Shown here piece by piece: positions 27,526 to 38,523 of a DNA stretch of 64,000 bases; position 1 is the stretch's first letter, and every line of letters starts with the position of its first letter. The notes below the pieces were generated by a model. The model did no database searches. It was not told where the DNA came from and saw only the letters and a list, made by a program, of their open reading frames with translations. The DNA comes from Bdellovibrionales bacterium (GTDB lineage: Bacteria; Bdellovibrionota; Bdellovibrionia; Bdellovibrionales; UBA1609), in the NCBI GenBank assembly GCA_027317865.1, contig DAHVQG010000004.1:64001-128000 (forward strand), in the 5' to 3' direction. The position numbers were made by a program, and so were the translations under genes.

Positions 27526-29220
27526 TCATCCAATGTTCGCCGCTGTAGTAGGTGACGGAAATATCACGGCAAAACGTGAACCGTTGCCAGGTTCACTTTC
27601 TACTTTAATTTCGGCATTATGAGACTCAACTATTTTTCGGGTAATCGCGAGTCCGAGACCCGTACCGCTCGGCTTTGTCGTATAAAACGGTTGAAATAAG
27701 CGGCTCATGTTATCTTTTGAAATGCCGCAACCATTGTCACAGATTAAAACGACAACCCGATGGTCCTCCGAATCGTAAGATTCTATTGAAATCTCAGGAT
27801 GGAGAGTATCGGTCATCGACTGATACGCATTCATCAACAAATTTAATAGAGCTTGTTTTAGTTTATCGTGATGCCCGTACACCAGCCCCTGCGCTCGTAA
27901 ATCAAGGTTCACTTTGACTTCACGGCTCAACCGTTGATTCAATTTTACCGAATCGCTCACCTCTTTGAGAAGCGTGTTGATCCGGATCGGATCTTCGATA
28001 CGTATATTGGGTCGCACAAAATCCAAAAACTCAGTGATCAGATTATTAAGTCGGTCAATTTCTTTTAGAATAATCTTAAATAGTTTACCCTCTTCAGGCG
28101 TTTCAACCTTTACGCTCGATTCCAAAAGTTGAATGCTGCCACTGATACTTGCAAGCGGATTGCGAATTTCATGAGCAATGCCGGCGGCGAGCTGGCCGAC
28201 GGCCGCAAGCGTTTCTTTCTGTCGGAGTTCAAATTCAAGATTTCGAATTTCGGTTACATTTTGCACAAGCAATATATATTGTTTCTCCGGTTGCGCCCGT
28301 TCAAATCCATGTCGCGCCACCAGTGCCGGAACGGGTGCTCGAACGGATGAAATGATAACCTCAAGTATTGATTTTTCACGTTTGTAATTATAGTGATCCA
28401 CTTCGATACGCCGAACACTGGCGTTTGGTGTCGACTCGTAAAGTTGAATCTCGGCGACCAACTCGGGCGCAAGATCACGCAAAGGACGGCCTTCCATACT
28501 TAAATCACCGAAAATTCTAGCCGCCCCCCGATTGGCAAAAACGATACCTCGTTTTTGATCAACCATCAGAATTCCTGAAGGTATATGTTCGACAATCAGT
28601 TTGTTAAAATCGGTGAGAGTTTGGACGTCTTCACGCGTTTCGCGTAAATCCGTCGAAATAAACTCAATTTGATCGCCAAGAAATCCTCCCAAAGCGCTTA
28701 CGGTCAGAATAGAGAGATTATTCAAAAGCCAACTGGCCTGCATGTGCGACGGAAAAAATTTAGGCGATAACGCGATCAAAATATTTACAAGAAAAGCCGA
28801 CCAAAGTCCCAGCTGTACACCGAATTGAGTGCCAAGGGTAACGCCGCCAAGAGCACAATTCATTAGCGCAAAAAACAAAAAGACCGAATTTGTACGACCG
28901 AACACTCCCATCAGAAATACGATGGCCAAGGCATCGAAGAAAAATAAGATTTTAAGTGCCCGGCGCGTGTTTTGCGATCGCGAAATGGTTTCGAGGGTCA
29001 AAACGTGCATGAGAAAGGCCGCCAGCATGAGAAGATTGACGGGCTGCCAAACGGCGAGATCTAAAAAATCGCTTTGCAAAAGCTGTAACAGTAAAAAACC
29101 GAAATATACGGCACTGTAAAGCGCAAGCCGCAACCACAGTAGGCCGTAGCCCACGACCTGAATGTCGAGTAACATTTCAGAGGAGTTTTCGTTTGAAGTT
29201 GCGGTAACGTTTTCTGTCAT
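27526..29220 (-). CDS. pilS: Membrane sensor histidine kinase PilS
   Basis: Multiple TM helices, PAS region, AHEIRNPL H-box, G-boxes; position between pilC and pilR. Confidence 0.85.
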   Translation of the reverse strand: MTENVTATSNENSSEMLLDIQVVGYGLLWLRLALYSAVYFGFLLLQLLQSDFLDLAVWQPVNLLMLAAFLMHVLTLETISRSQNTRRALKILFFFDALAIVFLMGVFGRTNSVFLFFALMNCALGGVTLGTQFGVQLGLWSAFLVNILIALSPKFFPSHMQASWLLNNLSILTVSALGGFLGDQIEFISTDLRETREDVQTLTDFNKLIVEHIPSGILMVDQKRGIVFANRGAARIFGDLSMEGRPLRDLAPELVAEIQLYESTPNASVRRIEVDHYNYKREKSILEVIISSVRAPVPALVARHGFERAQPEKQYILLVQNVTEIRNLEFELRQKETLAAVGQLAAGIAHEIRNPLASISGSIQLLESSVKVETPEEGKLFKIILKEIDRLNNLITEFLDFVRPNIRIEDPIRINTLLKEVSDSVKLNQRLSREVKVNLDLRAQGLVYGHHDKLKQALLNLLMNAYQSMTDTLHPEISIESYDSEDHRVVVLICDNGCGISKDNMSRLFQPFYTTKPSGTGLGLAITRKIVESHNAEIKVESEPGNGSRFAVIFPSPTTAANIG

Positions 29221-30464
29221 CAGTGACTCGCCGCTGTCGCCGCCATGTTGAATATTGGCAAATACATGGCGATAACCAATGTTCCAACAATACCACCAAG
29301 CACGACCATCATTATCGGCTCGATCATGCTCGTGAGAGCGCCGGCCGCAGTTTCGACCTCGTCTTCGTAAAAATTCGCGACTTTATCTAGCATTTGGTCC
29401 ATGGCACCGGTTTGCTCCCCGACCGAAATCATTTGTGCCACCATGTGCGGAATTACAGATGATTGTTTTAACGGCTCTGAGAGAGTTTTACCTTTCGTAA
29501 TGGAATCCTTCGCGCGCAACAACGTAGCCTCAATCGGCCAATTTTTTGTCGTTGCGGCCGCAATGTCTAGAGCTTCGACGATTTTAACGCCGGCCGAAAG
29601 CATGGTAGAAAGCGTTCTTGAAAATCGGGCAACCGCGCCTTTTTTGATTAAATCGCCGAAAACCGGGATCTTTAAAAGAATTGTGTCGATCGTACGCCGT
29701 CCGTCTTCAGTTTTATAATAATTCGAAATTAGTATGGGTATTGCGATAATTGTTCCCACTATGACATACCATCGATGCACGAAAAAGTGACTGGCCGCCA
29801 TGACCTGCAAAGTCAGCCAGGGCAATTTCATGTGCGCATCGGAAAACATTTTAACGAAACTTGGAATAACAAAAATCATAATGATCGTAATAACAAGAGC
29901 CGCCACAACTGAAACGGCCGCAGGGTAAAACAATGCCCCTTTAATTTTACCTTTTAGTTTCACGGTTTTCTCAATATAAATGGCTAGCCGGTTCAAGATC
30001 GTGTCGAGCACACCGCCTTCTTCGCCGGCATGAACTAAATTGACATACATGTTGTCGAAAATTTTCGGGTGCTCTCGCATACATTCCGCGAGTCGCCGCC
30101 CCTTACTCACTTCATCCAAAATCGACTTGAGGGCCGAATTTAATGCTTGTGAGCGCCCCGGCCCAATCATCGCTTCGAGACTTTGCACAATCGGAACACC
30201 GGACCCAATGAGCGTGGCAAATTGGCGCGTGAACACTTGCAATTCTTTTGGAGTAACCGAACCACCGAGTGAAAATCCGCCGCTCTTTTTTTTCACCGCT
30301 ACTTTTGTTATCGATGTGACGTTACCAGTTTTCGGCACAATCCTCAGGAGCATGAGCCGTTGGGCGCGAATTCTTACTCGCGCTTCAGCCTCATTAGCCG
30401 CTTCGACCTCACCTTTTACAACCTTGCCCTCGAGTGTTTTGGCTTGAAACAGAAATGCTGACAT
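29220..30464 (-). CDS. pilC: Type IV pilus platform protein PilC
   Basis: Two GspF repeats: FTRQFATL...AGEEGG.L, RFSRTLSTML...VGEQTG. Confidence 0.95.
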   Translation of the reverse strand: MSAFLFQAKTLEGKVVKGEVEAANEAEARVRIRAQRLMLLRIVPKTGNVTSITKVAVKKKSGGFSLGGSVTPKELQVFTRQFATLIGSGVPIVQSLEAMIGPGRSQALNSALKSILDEVSKGRRLAECMREHPKIFDNMYVNLVHAGEEGGVLDTILNRLAIYIEKTVKLKGKIKGALFYPAAVSVVAALVITIIMIFVIPSFVKMFSDAHMKLPWLTLQVMAASHFFVHRWYVIVGTIIAIPILISNYYKTEDGRRTIDTILLKIPVFGDLIKKGAVARFSRTLSTMLSAGVKIVEALDIAAATTKNWPIEATLLRAKDSITKGKTLSEPLKQSSVIPHMVAQMISVGEQTGAMDQMLDKVANFYEDEVETAAGALTSMIEPIMMVVLGGIVGTLVIAMYLPIFNMAATAASH

Positions 30465-31532
30465 TTATATTCCCGCCTTTTTTAGAAGCGCATCCAGTTC
30501 TTCGACGTCCGGGCTCTCCTCAAACGCATGTTTAATATCGATTTTTCTTTTTAATATCAGGTTCATGAGCGACTGATTGAGCGTCATCATTCCGCTTTTG
30601 TTCTGACCTACCTGCATCATCCCGTAAATTTGATGTAATTTATTTTCGCGCACAAGGTTGCGCACGCTGGGGTTAAGAACCAAAACTTCTACCGCCGCAA
30701 TCATACCGCCGCCGATCTGCGGGAGCAGTCGCTGCGATACAATCGCGTTCAGTGACATACTCAATTGGTTGCGAATGCGGTCTTGTTGATCAGACGGAAA
30801 AACATTTACAATACGTGAAATCGTCGAAACGGCCGAATTCGTGTGCAATGTCGCAAAAACCAAGTGACCCGTTTCAGCCACCGTGATCGCCGTTTCAATT
30901 GTACTCAGATCGCGCATCTCACCCACTAAACAGACGTCGGGGTCTTGCCGCAAAAGGTGGCGCAAACCGTCTTGGTACGACATCGTGTCAGAAAACACTT
31001 CGCGTTGATTCACAATACAACCTTTGTGATCGTGCACGTATTCAATCGGATCTTCGAGAGTCACGATATGACCGCGCCGCTCCTGATTAATGCGATCAAG
31101 AATCGACGCAATGGTAGTAGTTTTACCCGAACCGGTCGGCCCCACAACGAGCACAAGGCCATTCGGATAATTTGCGATTTCGCCAACAATTGACGGTAAA
31201 CCCAATGAGTTGAGATCGGGAATTGAATGCGGAATACGTCGAAAAACTCCTGATACGATACCGCGTTGATACATGAGGTTACCCCGAAACCTTGCTGTGC
31301 CTTTAATTCCGAAACTGAAATCGAGCTCACGGTCCGTTTCAAATTTTGCTTTTTGCGCATCGGTTAAAATCGAATAGCAAAGTTCTTTAGTTTCTTCAGG
31401 TGTCAGTTCGGGCGATTTCACTCTCACGATGCGCCCATCAATACGAAGCGCCGGGGCCGAACCGGCCACGATATGAAGATCCGAAGCATTTTGTTTCACA
31501 ACTGTTTTAAGCAGTTGTTGCAAACTGATCAC
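30465..31532 (-). CDS. pilT: Type IV pilus retraction ATPase PilT
   Basis: ASDLH, GPTGSGKTTT, EDPIE, RQDPD, AETGHLVFATLHT, SVRNLVRE. Confidence 0.95.
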   Translation of the reverse strand: MISLQQLLKTVVKQNASDLHIVAGSAPALRIDGRIVRVKSPELTPEETKELCYSILTDAQKAKFETDRELDFSFGIKGTARFRGNLMYQRGIVSGVFRRIPHSIPDLNSLGLPSIVGEIANYPNGLVLVVGPTGSGKTTTIASILDRINQERRGHIVTLEDPIEYVHDHKGCIVNQREVFSDTMSYQDGLRHLLRQDPDVCLVGEMRDLSTIETAITVAETGHLVFATLHTNSAVSTISRIVNVFPSDQQDRIRNQLSMSLNAIVSQRLLPQIGGGMIAAVEVLVLNPSVRNLVRENKLHQIYGMMQVGQNKSGMMTLNQSLMNLILKRKIDIKHAFEESPDVEELDALLKKAGI

Positions 31533-33250
31533 AGGTCATCCTCGACGGTGCTATCCATGACTTCTTCAACAGACGTTTCGCCCGCTTTCAATTTCAATAG
31601 AGCCGATCGCCGGAGCGTCATCATGTGGTCGTCTTTTACCGCGCGCCGCTTTAGCTCAAGAGTTGAAGCGTTTTTAAAAATTGCGTCTTTCACGCTGGCC
31701 GAAAATTTCAATACTTCAAATACGGCCATGCGCCCTCTTAACCCTGTGCCACCGCAAGCGTCGCAGCCTTCACCCCTGCGCAGTTTGGTGTATTCCGAAA
31801 GCTCCGGCTCAAGCACACCGAGCTTAAGAAGTGTTTCTGGCGGCACATGAGCTTCAACTGTACAACTTTTGCAGACGCGCTTTAAAAGACGTTGCGCTAC
31901 AACCAGCGACGTGCTTTCAGCAACGAGATAATTGGGCACTCCCATGGAAGTAAGCCGGTTCACCGTCGACGCGGTATCGTTCGTGTGCAAAGTAGAGACC
32001 ACCAAGTGGCCGGTTGCGGCCGCCTTATATGCGATCGACGCGGTTTCAAGATCACGCATTTCACCAACCATGATAATTTCAGGGTCTTGGCGTAAAAACG
32101 CGCGCAATGCTTCAGAAAATCCAAAGCCAATATCGGCGTTCACTTGCACTTGATTTATCCCGTCAAGATTGAATTCGACCGGATCTTCTGCCGTTGAAAT
32201 ATTGACGTCGTTGGTATTGAGCGCAGCGAGAGCCGAATAAATAGTTGTCGTTTTACCGGACCCCGTGGGGCCGGTGATCAAAATCATACCTTGTGGTAAC
32301 ATCAGAACCGATTTGAAAATTTCGAGCTGTTCCGCCTCCATACCCAGCTTTTCCATATCGACCTGCAAATTGCTTTTATCAAGAATCCGCAACACGACTT
32401 TTTCGCCAAATAATGTGGGCAGGCAATTGACGCGAAAGTCGATTTCCGTTCCGTTTTTCAAACGGACTTTTAAACGGCCGTCCTGTGGCTTTCGACGCTC
32501 GGCTATATCCATTTTACTTAGAATTTTAAGACGGCTGATGATAGCCGCCGCTGATGCTTTGGGCGGTTGATGCATTTCTCGCAAAGAACCATCCACGCGA
32601 AAGCGCACGCGAAAGCGCTTTTCGTAAGTTTCTACGTGGATATCCGATGCGTGCTGCTTGATCGCCTCGGCCAATAACGCGTTCACAAAGCCGATAATCG
32701 GCCCTTCTTCAGCTGAGACGTCTTGGTCGACGACCATGGTTTCTTGCTGTACGACGGATTCGAAAACTTCGGCTGACTCTTCAATTTGCGATACGATATT
32801 TTCAATTTTCTTTTTGCCGCTTTGCCCGAAGTGCTTCTCAATCGCATGATTGATGGCATGCTCGGACGCCACTACAACTTCGACTTTACAACGGGTTAAA
32901 AGACTCAAATCGTCTTTAATAAATACGTTTGAAGGATCGGCAAAGGCGACAACCAAACTTCGGCCCGATTTTTGAATTGGTATTACACAGTGCTTTCGGC
33001 ACAATTGCGCCGGAACAAGTTTCACCGCCTCGGGGTCAATCTCAAACGTGCTGAGATCAATGGTCGGCAAATTGTATTGCTTACCCATAAATTCAGCGAG
33101 TTCACGATCTTTGACAAAACCAAGCTGCACAAGGGCTGAAGTCAACCGTCCGCCCGATTGTTTTTGTTCTTGGCGGGCTTTTTCCAGCTGTTCGATATCA
33201 ATTAGATTTTCTCGAACTAGCAGTTCCCCAATACCTTTTCTGACACCCAT
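31529..33250 (-). CDS. pilB: Type IV pilus assembly ATPase PilB
   Basis: MshEN-like N-terminus, ASDIH, PQDGR, GPTGSGKT, tetra-Cys zinc motif, GRMAVFE. Confidence 0.95.
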   Translation of the reverse strand: MGVRKGIGELLVRENLIDIEQLEKARQEQKQSGGRLTSALVQLGFVKDRELAEFMGKQYNLPTIDLSTFEIDPEAVKLVPAQLCRKHCVIPIQKSGRSLVVAFADPSNVFIKDDLSLLTRCKVEVVVASEHAINHAIEKHFGQSGKKKIENIVSQIEESAEVFESVVQQETMVVDQDVSAEEGPIIGFVNALLAEAIKQHASDIHVETYEKRFRVRFRVDGSLREMHQPPKASAAAIISRLKILSKMDIAERRKPQDGRLKVRLKNGTEIDFRVNCLPTLFGEKVVLRILDKSNLQVDMEKLGMEAEQLEIFKSVLMLPQGMILITGPTGSGKTTTIYSALAALNTNDVNISTAEDPVEFNLDGINQVQVNADIGFGFSEALRAFLRQDPEIIMVGEMRDLETASIAYKAAATGHLVVSTLHTNDTASTVNRLTSMGVPNYLVAESTSLVVAQRLLKRVCKSCTVEAHVPPETLLKLGVLEPELSEYTKLRRGEGCDACGGTGLRGRMAVFEVLKFSASVKDAIFKNASTLELKRRAVKDDHMMTLRRSALLKLKAGETSVEEVMDSTVEDDL

Positions 33251-33343
33251 GAAGACTAGCTTATCCGCTTGTGCCGTTTTTCGTAACTAGACTTACGACC
33301 TGAACTGACAAAATTCGCCAACGCCTCCGCAACGACGAACGGA

Positions 33344-34201
33344 TTACTTCGGTTGCGCGCGCAGATGCTCCCCAAGTTTATTTTCATAGGTCTCAGAATT
33401 TGAAAATGTGCGCCCGGCGATCTGTTCGCACCAAATCATGTCGGTGTGTGCGGAAATTTGATATCCGTACACGCACGAAGCTCCAACGTCCTTAGCGCCG
33501 CTCAATAACGGAGTCTCGACCGGAAGAATAGAAAAATCGATGGCGACTCCGCCAACTTTAAAAAAATTAAAATAGTTGAGCTCGACCAGCATGGGGTTGT
33601 CTTCTCCCATAGGTGTCGTATTGACGAGCACACCGTGAATTCCAGGAAGTAAAATCAAACCTTCTTTAGGAACCACGCGAAATACGGCGCCAAGATGACT
33701 GCGCTTGAGTTCGTTCACAAGCAATTGACCTTGATTTAAGTCAAGTGTCGAAACCGAAAAATTTTTAAACCCGTGCAGAAACAATCCTGTTATCGCGACC
33801 CGGGCCGCAGCGCCCGCGCCTACGACAAGTACGTCACTATCGAGATCAAGGCGTTCACCGACTTTGGCTAAAACCCGTGAAAATCCTTCGACTGCGTTCG
33901 ACTTTAACCACCATTGCCCATCGATGCTAACAATCGCGTCAGCCGCCTTAATCTTATCAACAATCACCGGGTGATTTTCAAACATCGGAATAACGACTTC
34001 ACCCAAACCGCGACCGACGCGAATTCCATTATAATTCTTAAGCCACTCCGGCAGTTTCGACTTGAATTCATCGACTGTCGTCTGAATAAATTCCACTTCG
34101 TTTTGAAAACCGTTGTTGTTTAAAAATTCGCTTAACAATTGGTAGCGTGGTTTGTTGTTTTCTAGACCTATCTCAACCCATTTAAACATTTTGCAACTCA
34201 A
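33344..34201 (-). CDS. Shikimate dehydrogenase-like protein (divergent)
   Basis: Rossmann VGAGAAAR, LVNTTPMG, TPLL..A motifs of AroE; substrate-binding motifs not recognisable. Confidence 0.7.
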   Translation of the reverse strand: MSCKMFKWVEIGLENNKPRYQLLSEFLNNNGFQNEVEFIQTTVDEFKSKLPEWLKNYNGIRVGRGLGEVVIPMFENHPVIVDKIKAADAIVSIDGQWWLKSNAVEGFSRVLAKVGERLDLDSDVLVVGAGAAARVAITGLFLHGFKNFSVSTLDLNQGQLLVNELKRSHLGAVFRVVPKEGLILLPGIHGVLVNTTPMGEDNPMLVELNYFNFFKVGGVAIDFSILPVETPLLSGAKDVGASCVYGYQISAHTDMIWCEQIAGRTFSNSETYENKLGEHLRAQPK

Positions 34202-35189
34202 AAAAAGTGCGGGCGGCGTGGACGTCGTGTGCGATCTGTTCCATTAACGCATGTGCGGACTCGAATTTCAATTCGTCACGCAGACGCTTTAAAAATTCAA
34301 GACACACGCGCCGCCCTTCAACGTTTAGCGGACGATCTAACACATGGCACTCAACTGTCACAGCATAAGAATCATGAAAAGTCGGTTTTCTGCCAATATT
34401 CGTTACCGAGGGCAAGCCGTCAGAACTCGAAATAATTTCGCCATTGTGCTCTGAATAAAGTCGCGTGATATAAACACCGTTTTTGGGCAGCAATTCGGCA
34501 TCCGTCTGAATGTTGGCCGTTCGAAAACCCAGAGTTTTACCACGGCCTTCGCCTGGCACAACATGACCGCAAATAAAGTAGGGCCGACTGAGAAATACAC
34601 AAGCCTTTTCAACATCGCCTGTTCGCAAGCTTTCGCGAATCCGTGATGACGATACAATTTCGCCATCTTTGAGGAGCGGCTCTAACTGTTCAACAAGGAC
34701 TTCGCCATGACCGTAACGCTTCCGATTCTTAGCCCACTCCTGTAAAGTCTGAAACGTCCCTGATCTGTCTTTGCCAAACGCAAAATCGTATCCGACCACA
34801 ACACCGGCAAGATCAACGTGAGCGGCCAATAAATTTAAAAATTCTTCGGGACGCAATTTGGCGAATTGTTCGTTAAAAGGCTCGATTATGAGCCAGTCGA
34901 TCTGATATTCGGCAAGGACCCGGGTAAAATCTTGTAAATCTAGGATTCGGGGAATTTCGGGTCCTGTAATTGCACCCATTGCGCGCAAAACTTTTGAGGG
35001 GTGTGGTTCAAAGGTGAAAACGGCTGTTTGTGATTGAGTTTGTTTCGCTATAGCCTGCACACGCTTAATCAAAGCTTGATGACCCAAATGAACACCGTCA
35101 AAATTGCCAAGCGTAAGAACAACGCGTGGGCGTAGACGCGCAAAATTTGGCTCACTGGCAAAATCTTTCAGTCCGTTTACTATCGTCAT
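34182..35189 (-). CDS. ribF: Bifunctional riboflavin kinase/FAD synthetase
   Basis: GNFDGVHLGH, TFEPHP, VGYDFAFG, VSSSRIR, GFRTAN, LRDELKF. Confidence 0.96.
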   Translation of the reverse strand: MTIVNGLKDFASEPNFARLRPRVVLTLGNFDGVHLGHQALIKRVQAIAKQTQSQTAVFTFEPHPSKVLRAMGAITGPEIPRILDLQDFTRVLAEYQIDWLIIEPFNEQFAKLRPEEFLNLLAAHVDLAGVVVGYDFAFGKDRSGTFQTLQEWAKNRKRYGHGEVLVEQLEPLLKDGEIVSSSRIRESLRTGDVEKACVFLSRPYFICGHVVPGEGRGKTLGFRTANIQTDAELLPKNGVYITRLYSEHNGEIISSSDGLPSVTNIGRKPTFHDSYAVTVECHVLDRPLNVEGRRVCLEFLKRLRDELKFESAHALMEQIAHDVHAARTFFELQNV

Positions 35190-35267
35190 TGCGCATACCT
35201 TCTCGTTTGCAAATTAACAGTGGAACACATTGAAATCTCGGCATTTTTTTGATACGTTGCGTTACTT

Positions 35268-37133
35268 ATGCGCAGACTTCGCCTTTACTTCATTTTGCTT
35301 ACGCGACGACTTTGGCGTCGACGTGGTTTGTGGCTCCGCGCGCTCATGGGGTGCGTACTCGGAATTGGACTTCTCACTATAGATCGCCAATCCGGTTACG
35401 ATTTACGCTTTCGCTTGCGAGGTAAGCAATCCGTCGACTCCAGTATCGTTATTTTGGCGATCGATAATTCAGCTTGGCGCTCGTGGCAACATTTATCGAA
35501 AACGGCTCCCATTGGGGATATGTATCGTAACCCGAAAGCATGGAAGCAAATTTTGGATCAACTTGTTTCGGAGCGGCCGCTTGCTGTAGGAGTCACCACA
35601 TACTTTGCACCAAATGTTTCGTCTGAATCCAATTCTCCGCTCCCGTCTGTATTCTCGAATTGGCGTGTCATCTGGGCCGCGCAACTTACCGAAGGCGGTC
35701 ACGTTTGGCTCCCGCCGTTTGCCTCACCGGTGAGGCGAAATTTTGGGCTTGTCCACTTCGTGCGTGATCGCGACGGAGTGATTCGGCGCTTCGGTACAGC
35801 ATCCGAACGCGTGCCTAACATCGCGGTACTCATGGCACGACGATTGCCCAACGTCAAAATTTCAAGTTTCAATATTTTGAAATCGAAGGAGCCGATTATT
35901 AATTATCGCGGCGATGCGGGCACGTTTGCTCACATCGGACTCACGAAATTTTTAAATCACGATTACCCGCAAAATTTCTTTAAACATAAACTCGTCATAA
36001 TCGGCACCCCCGATCTTTCGGGAGCGGAACTTCACACTCCTCTCGGCCAAATGTCTACCGCTGAAATACTTGCGAACATAATCGATAACATCCATTACGA
36101 TCGCTGGATTAAAAGACCTCCGTTTGCTGTTTTGGCTCTTTTTATTATTTTATTGGTGATGTTTTCGGCCTGGTTAACGTCGCGCTATCCGCAATTTTTG
36201 GCTTTTTTCATATTGATTTGGCTAAACATTTTTTATGTAACGTTTTCTCTGTGGTTATTTGACGTGCACTACCTGTGGCTGCCAATTTTACCGGCGGTGG
36301 CGGCCACATTCGGAACGTACGTCATATTTTTAAGCTTTCAGCTCACGCTCAAAGATTATCTGACCCAACAACTTGAAAACGAACACCAATTTCTACTTGG
36401 AGTGGAGCAGCTCAAAAACAATTTTTTAAGTTTAATATCGCACGACCTGCGTACGCCGATTGCTAAAATACAAGCGATCTGCGACCGGTTACTTGCTGAA
36501 AATCCGCAAATTGCCGTCGCACCTGATTTGGCGTCACTTCGAGAAGTGGCGACCGAACTCAATCGTTATATCGGTACGATCATCCAAATAACACGGGTTG
36601 AATCGAAGGACTTTCGCATTAACAAAGACGCTACGGACATTAACGAACTCATCGTACGAGCAAAAACGAGCGTGGAACCATTAGCCGCACAAAAGAAAAT
36701 TCATATTGAAACGAATCTTGAGCCCATGTTTTTAATCGAAGTCGATGCTGTTTTAATACACGAAGTAATCTTAAATCTCATCGAAAACGCTATTAAATAC
36801 ACTCCAGAAGGCGGCCGAGTGGGCGTTTCATCGCAAGAGGTTGATGGTCGTGTGATCGTTATGGTAGAAGATAGCGGAGTGGGTATACCCGAAACCGAAC
36901 AAGCGCACGTTTTCGAAAAATTTTTTCGAGGCGAGCACGGAAAATCGCATCCCAGAGGTTCGGGCCTTGGGCTCTATCTCGTCAAATATTTTGTTGAGCT
37001 GCACGGCGGGCAAATTATCTTGAAGAGCCAAGTTGGCGTTGGTACGAAAATCGGATTTTCATTGCCCATCGATGACCAACCTGAGCCTGAACTCGCGCAC
37101 GAAGAAGGAGCCACGAATGAGACTCACGCTTAA
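35268..37133 (+). CDS. CHASE2-domain sensor histidine kinase
   Basis: IVILAID, DRDGVIRR, VIIG, TPLG.M...EI.AN CHASE2 motifs, three TM helices, SHDLRTP, NAIKYT, GSGLGL. Confidence 0.9.
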   Translation: MRRLRLYFILLTRRLWRRRGLWLRALMGCVLGIGLLTIDRQSGYDLRFRLRGKQSVDSSIVILAIDNSAWRSWQHLSKTAPIGDMYRNPKAWKQILDQLVSERPLAVGVTTYFAPNVSSESNSPLPSVFSNWRVIWAAQLTEGGHVWLPPFASPVRRNFGLVHFVRDRDGVIRRFGTASERVPNIAVLMARRLPNVKISSFNILKSKEPIINYRGDAGTFAHIGLTKFLNHDYPQNFFKHKLVIIGTPDLSGAELHTPLGQMSTAEILANIIDNIHYDRWIKRPPFAVLALFIILLVMFSAWLTSRYPQFLAFFILIWLNIFYVTFSLWLFDVHYLWLPILPAVAATFGTYVIFLSFQLTLKDYLTQQLENEHQFLLGVEQLKNNFLSLISHDLRTPIAKIQAICDRLLAENPQIAVAPDLASLREVATELNRYIGTIIQITRVESKDFRINKDATDINELIVRAKTSVEPLAAQKKIHIETNLEPMFLIEVDAVLIHEVILNLIENAIKYTPEGGRVGVSSQEVDGRVIVMVEDSGVGIPETEQAHVFEKFFRGEHGKSHPRGSGLGLYLVKYFVELHGGQIILKSQVGVGTKIGFSLPIDDQPEPELAHEEGATNETHA

Positions 37134-38523
37134 AGCTCTCATTGTTGATGATGAACCGGAATTGAGAAAATCAGTCGAATCTATTTTGCGGTCTGTTCTA
37201 TCGGACTATGACTGGACCATTATTGAGGCCGAAAACGGTAAAACGGCGGTCGAGGCGGTGCACGCGCAGTCGTTCGATTTAGTTTTAATGGACGTACGCA
37301 TGCCGGAGATGAACGGTCTCGATGCCCTTCGCGCCATCAAAGAAATAGATCCGCGAATTTTTGTCGTTATCATGACCGCGCATAGTAATTTACAGGATGC
37401 GGTTACGGCTATCAAGTACGGGGCTTTTGACTATACCGAAAAGCCGATCGAACCGGCAAAATTGGTCGATCTCGTTAAACGCGCGATCGAAACAAAAGAA
37501 ATGGTTTCAAATATTGTGCTCTCGAACCCGATACTTGACGACGACGTTGATTCGAAGTTTGTCGGCGCCTCAGAAAAGATGCGTGAAGTTTTCAACCTCA
37601 TCGACCGGCTGGCCCACGTCGACACAACCGTTCTCATTCGTGGCGAAAACGGAACCGGAAAAGAACTCGTGGCACGCGCCATTCACCAAAACTCGCCGCA
37701 AAAGCACGGTCCGTTTGTAGCGATAAATTGCGGCGCGATTCCCGATACTTTAATGGAGAGCGAGCTCTTCGGCCATGAACGCGGATCGTTTACCGGCGCA
37801 ATCGAACGAAAAATAGGCAAATTTCAGCTCGCAAACAAAGGAACGCTATTTTTAGACGAAATCGGTGAGTTAAAGCCCGATCTTCAGGTGAAGCTTTTAC
37901 GCGTATTGCAGGAGCGAAAATTCATGCCCATCGGCTCCAACCGCGAAGTCCGATCGAATGCGCGCATCATTGCCGCGACCAACCGGAATCTTGAAAAAAT
38001 GATTGAGGATGGAACTTTTCGCGAAGATTTCTTTTATCGCTTAAACGTTATGCCCATTTTCATGCCACCTCTGCGCGAACGGCTGGATGATCTCGGCGAT
38101 CTTATCCGGTTTTTTATCGGGAAGTTCAATAAAAAGCTGAATCTGTCGATTACGGGCATCACTCCCGAGGCGCTTGATATATTGAGCCGGTATCGTTGGC
38201 CCGGTAACATTCGCGAACTTGAAAACGCCATCGAGCGCGCGTTCATTATCGAAAATTCAAATGTGATCACGGTGCGTTCGTTGCCAGAAAAAATCGTTAA
38301 TGAAATCAAAAATAAATCGACCATCCCCATGTCAGGCAAATACACGGGGCCCCTAAACTATGATTTATTTAAAGAAGCAGCCGAAAAAGAATTTATCGAA
38401 AGCGCCTTGAGGGCGAACGACGGTAAAATAAATAAAACGGTCGCACACGCAAATATCCCGAAAAACACACTCTTGCGAAAAATTAAAAAGTACAATATCG
38501 ACGTCGGCAAATTCTCAAAGTGA
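37117..38523 (+). CDS. Sigma-54 dependent response regulator (NtrC family)
   Basis: Receiver domain, GENGTGKE, GSFTGA, WPGNIREL; ATG 37117 with AAGGAG RBS. Confidence 0.92.
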   Translation: MRLTLKALIVDDEPELRKSVESILRSVLSDYDWTIIEAENGKTAVEAVHAQSFDLVLMDVRMPEMNGLDALRAIKEIDPRIFVVIMTAHSNLQDAVTAIKYGAFDYTEKPIEPAKLVDLVKRAIETKEMVSNIVLSNPILDDDVDSKFVGASEKMREVFNLIDRLAHVDTTVLIRGENGTGKELVARAIHQNSPQKHGPFVAINCGAIPDTLMESELFGHERGSFTGAIERKIGKFQLANKGTLFLDEIGELKPDLQVKLLRVLQERKFMPIGSNREVRSNARIIAATNRNLEKMIEDGTFREDFFYRLNVMPIFMPPLRERLDDLGDLIRFFIGKFNKKLNLSITGITPEALDILSRYRWPGNIRELENAIERAFIIENSNVITVRSLPEKIVNEIKNKSTIPMSGKYTGPLNYDLFKEAAEKEFIESALRANDGKINKTVAHANIPKNTLLRKIKKYNIDVGKFSK

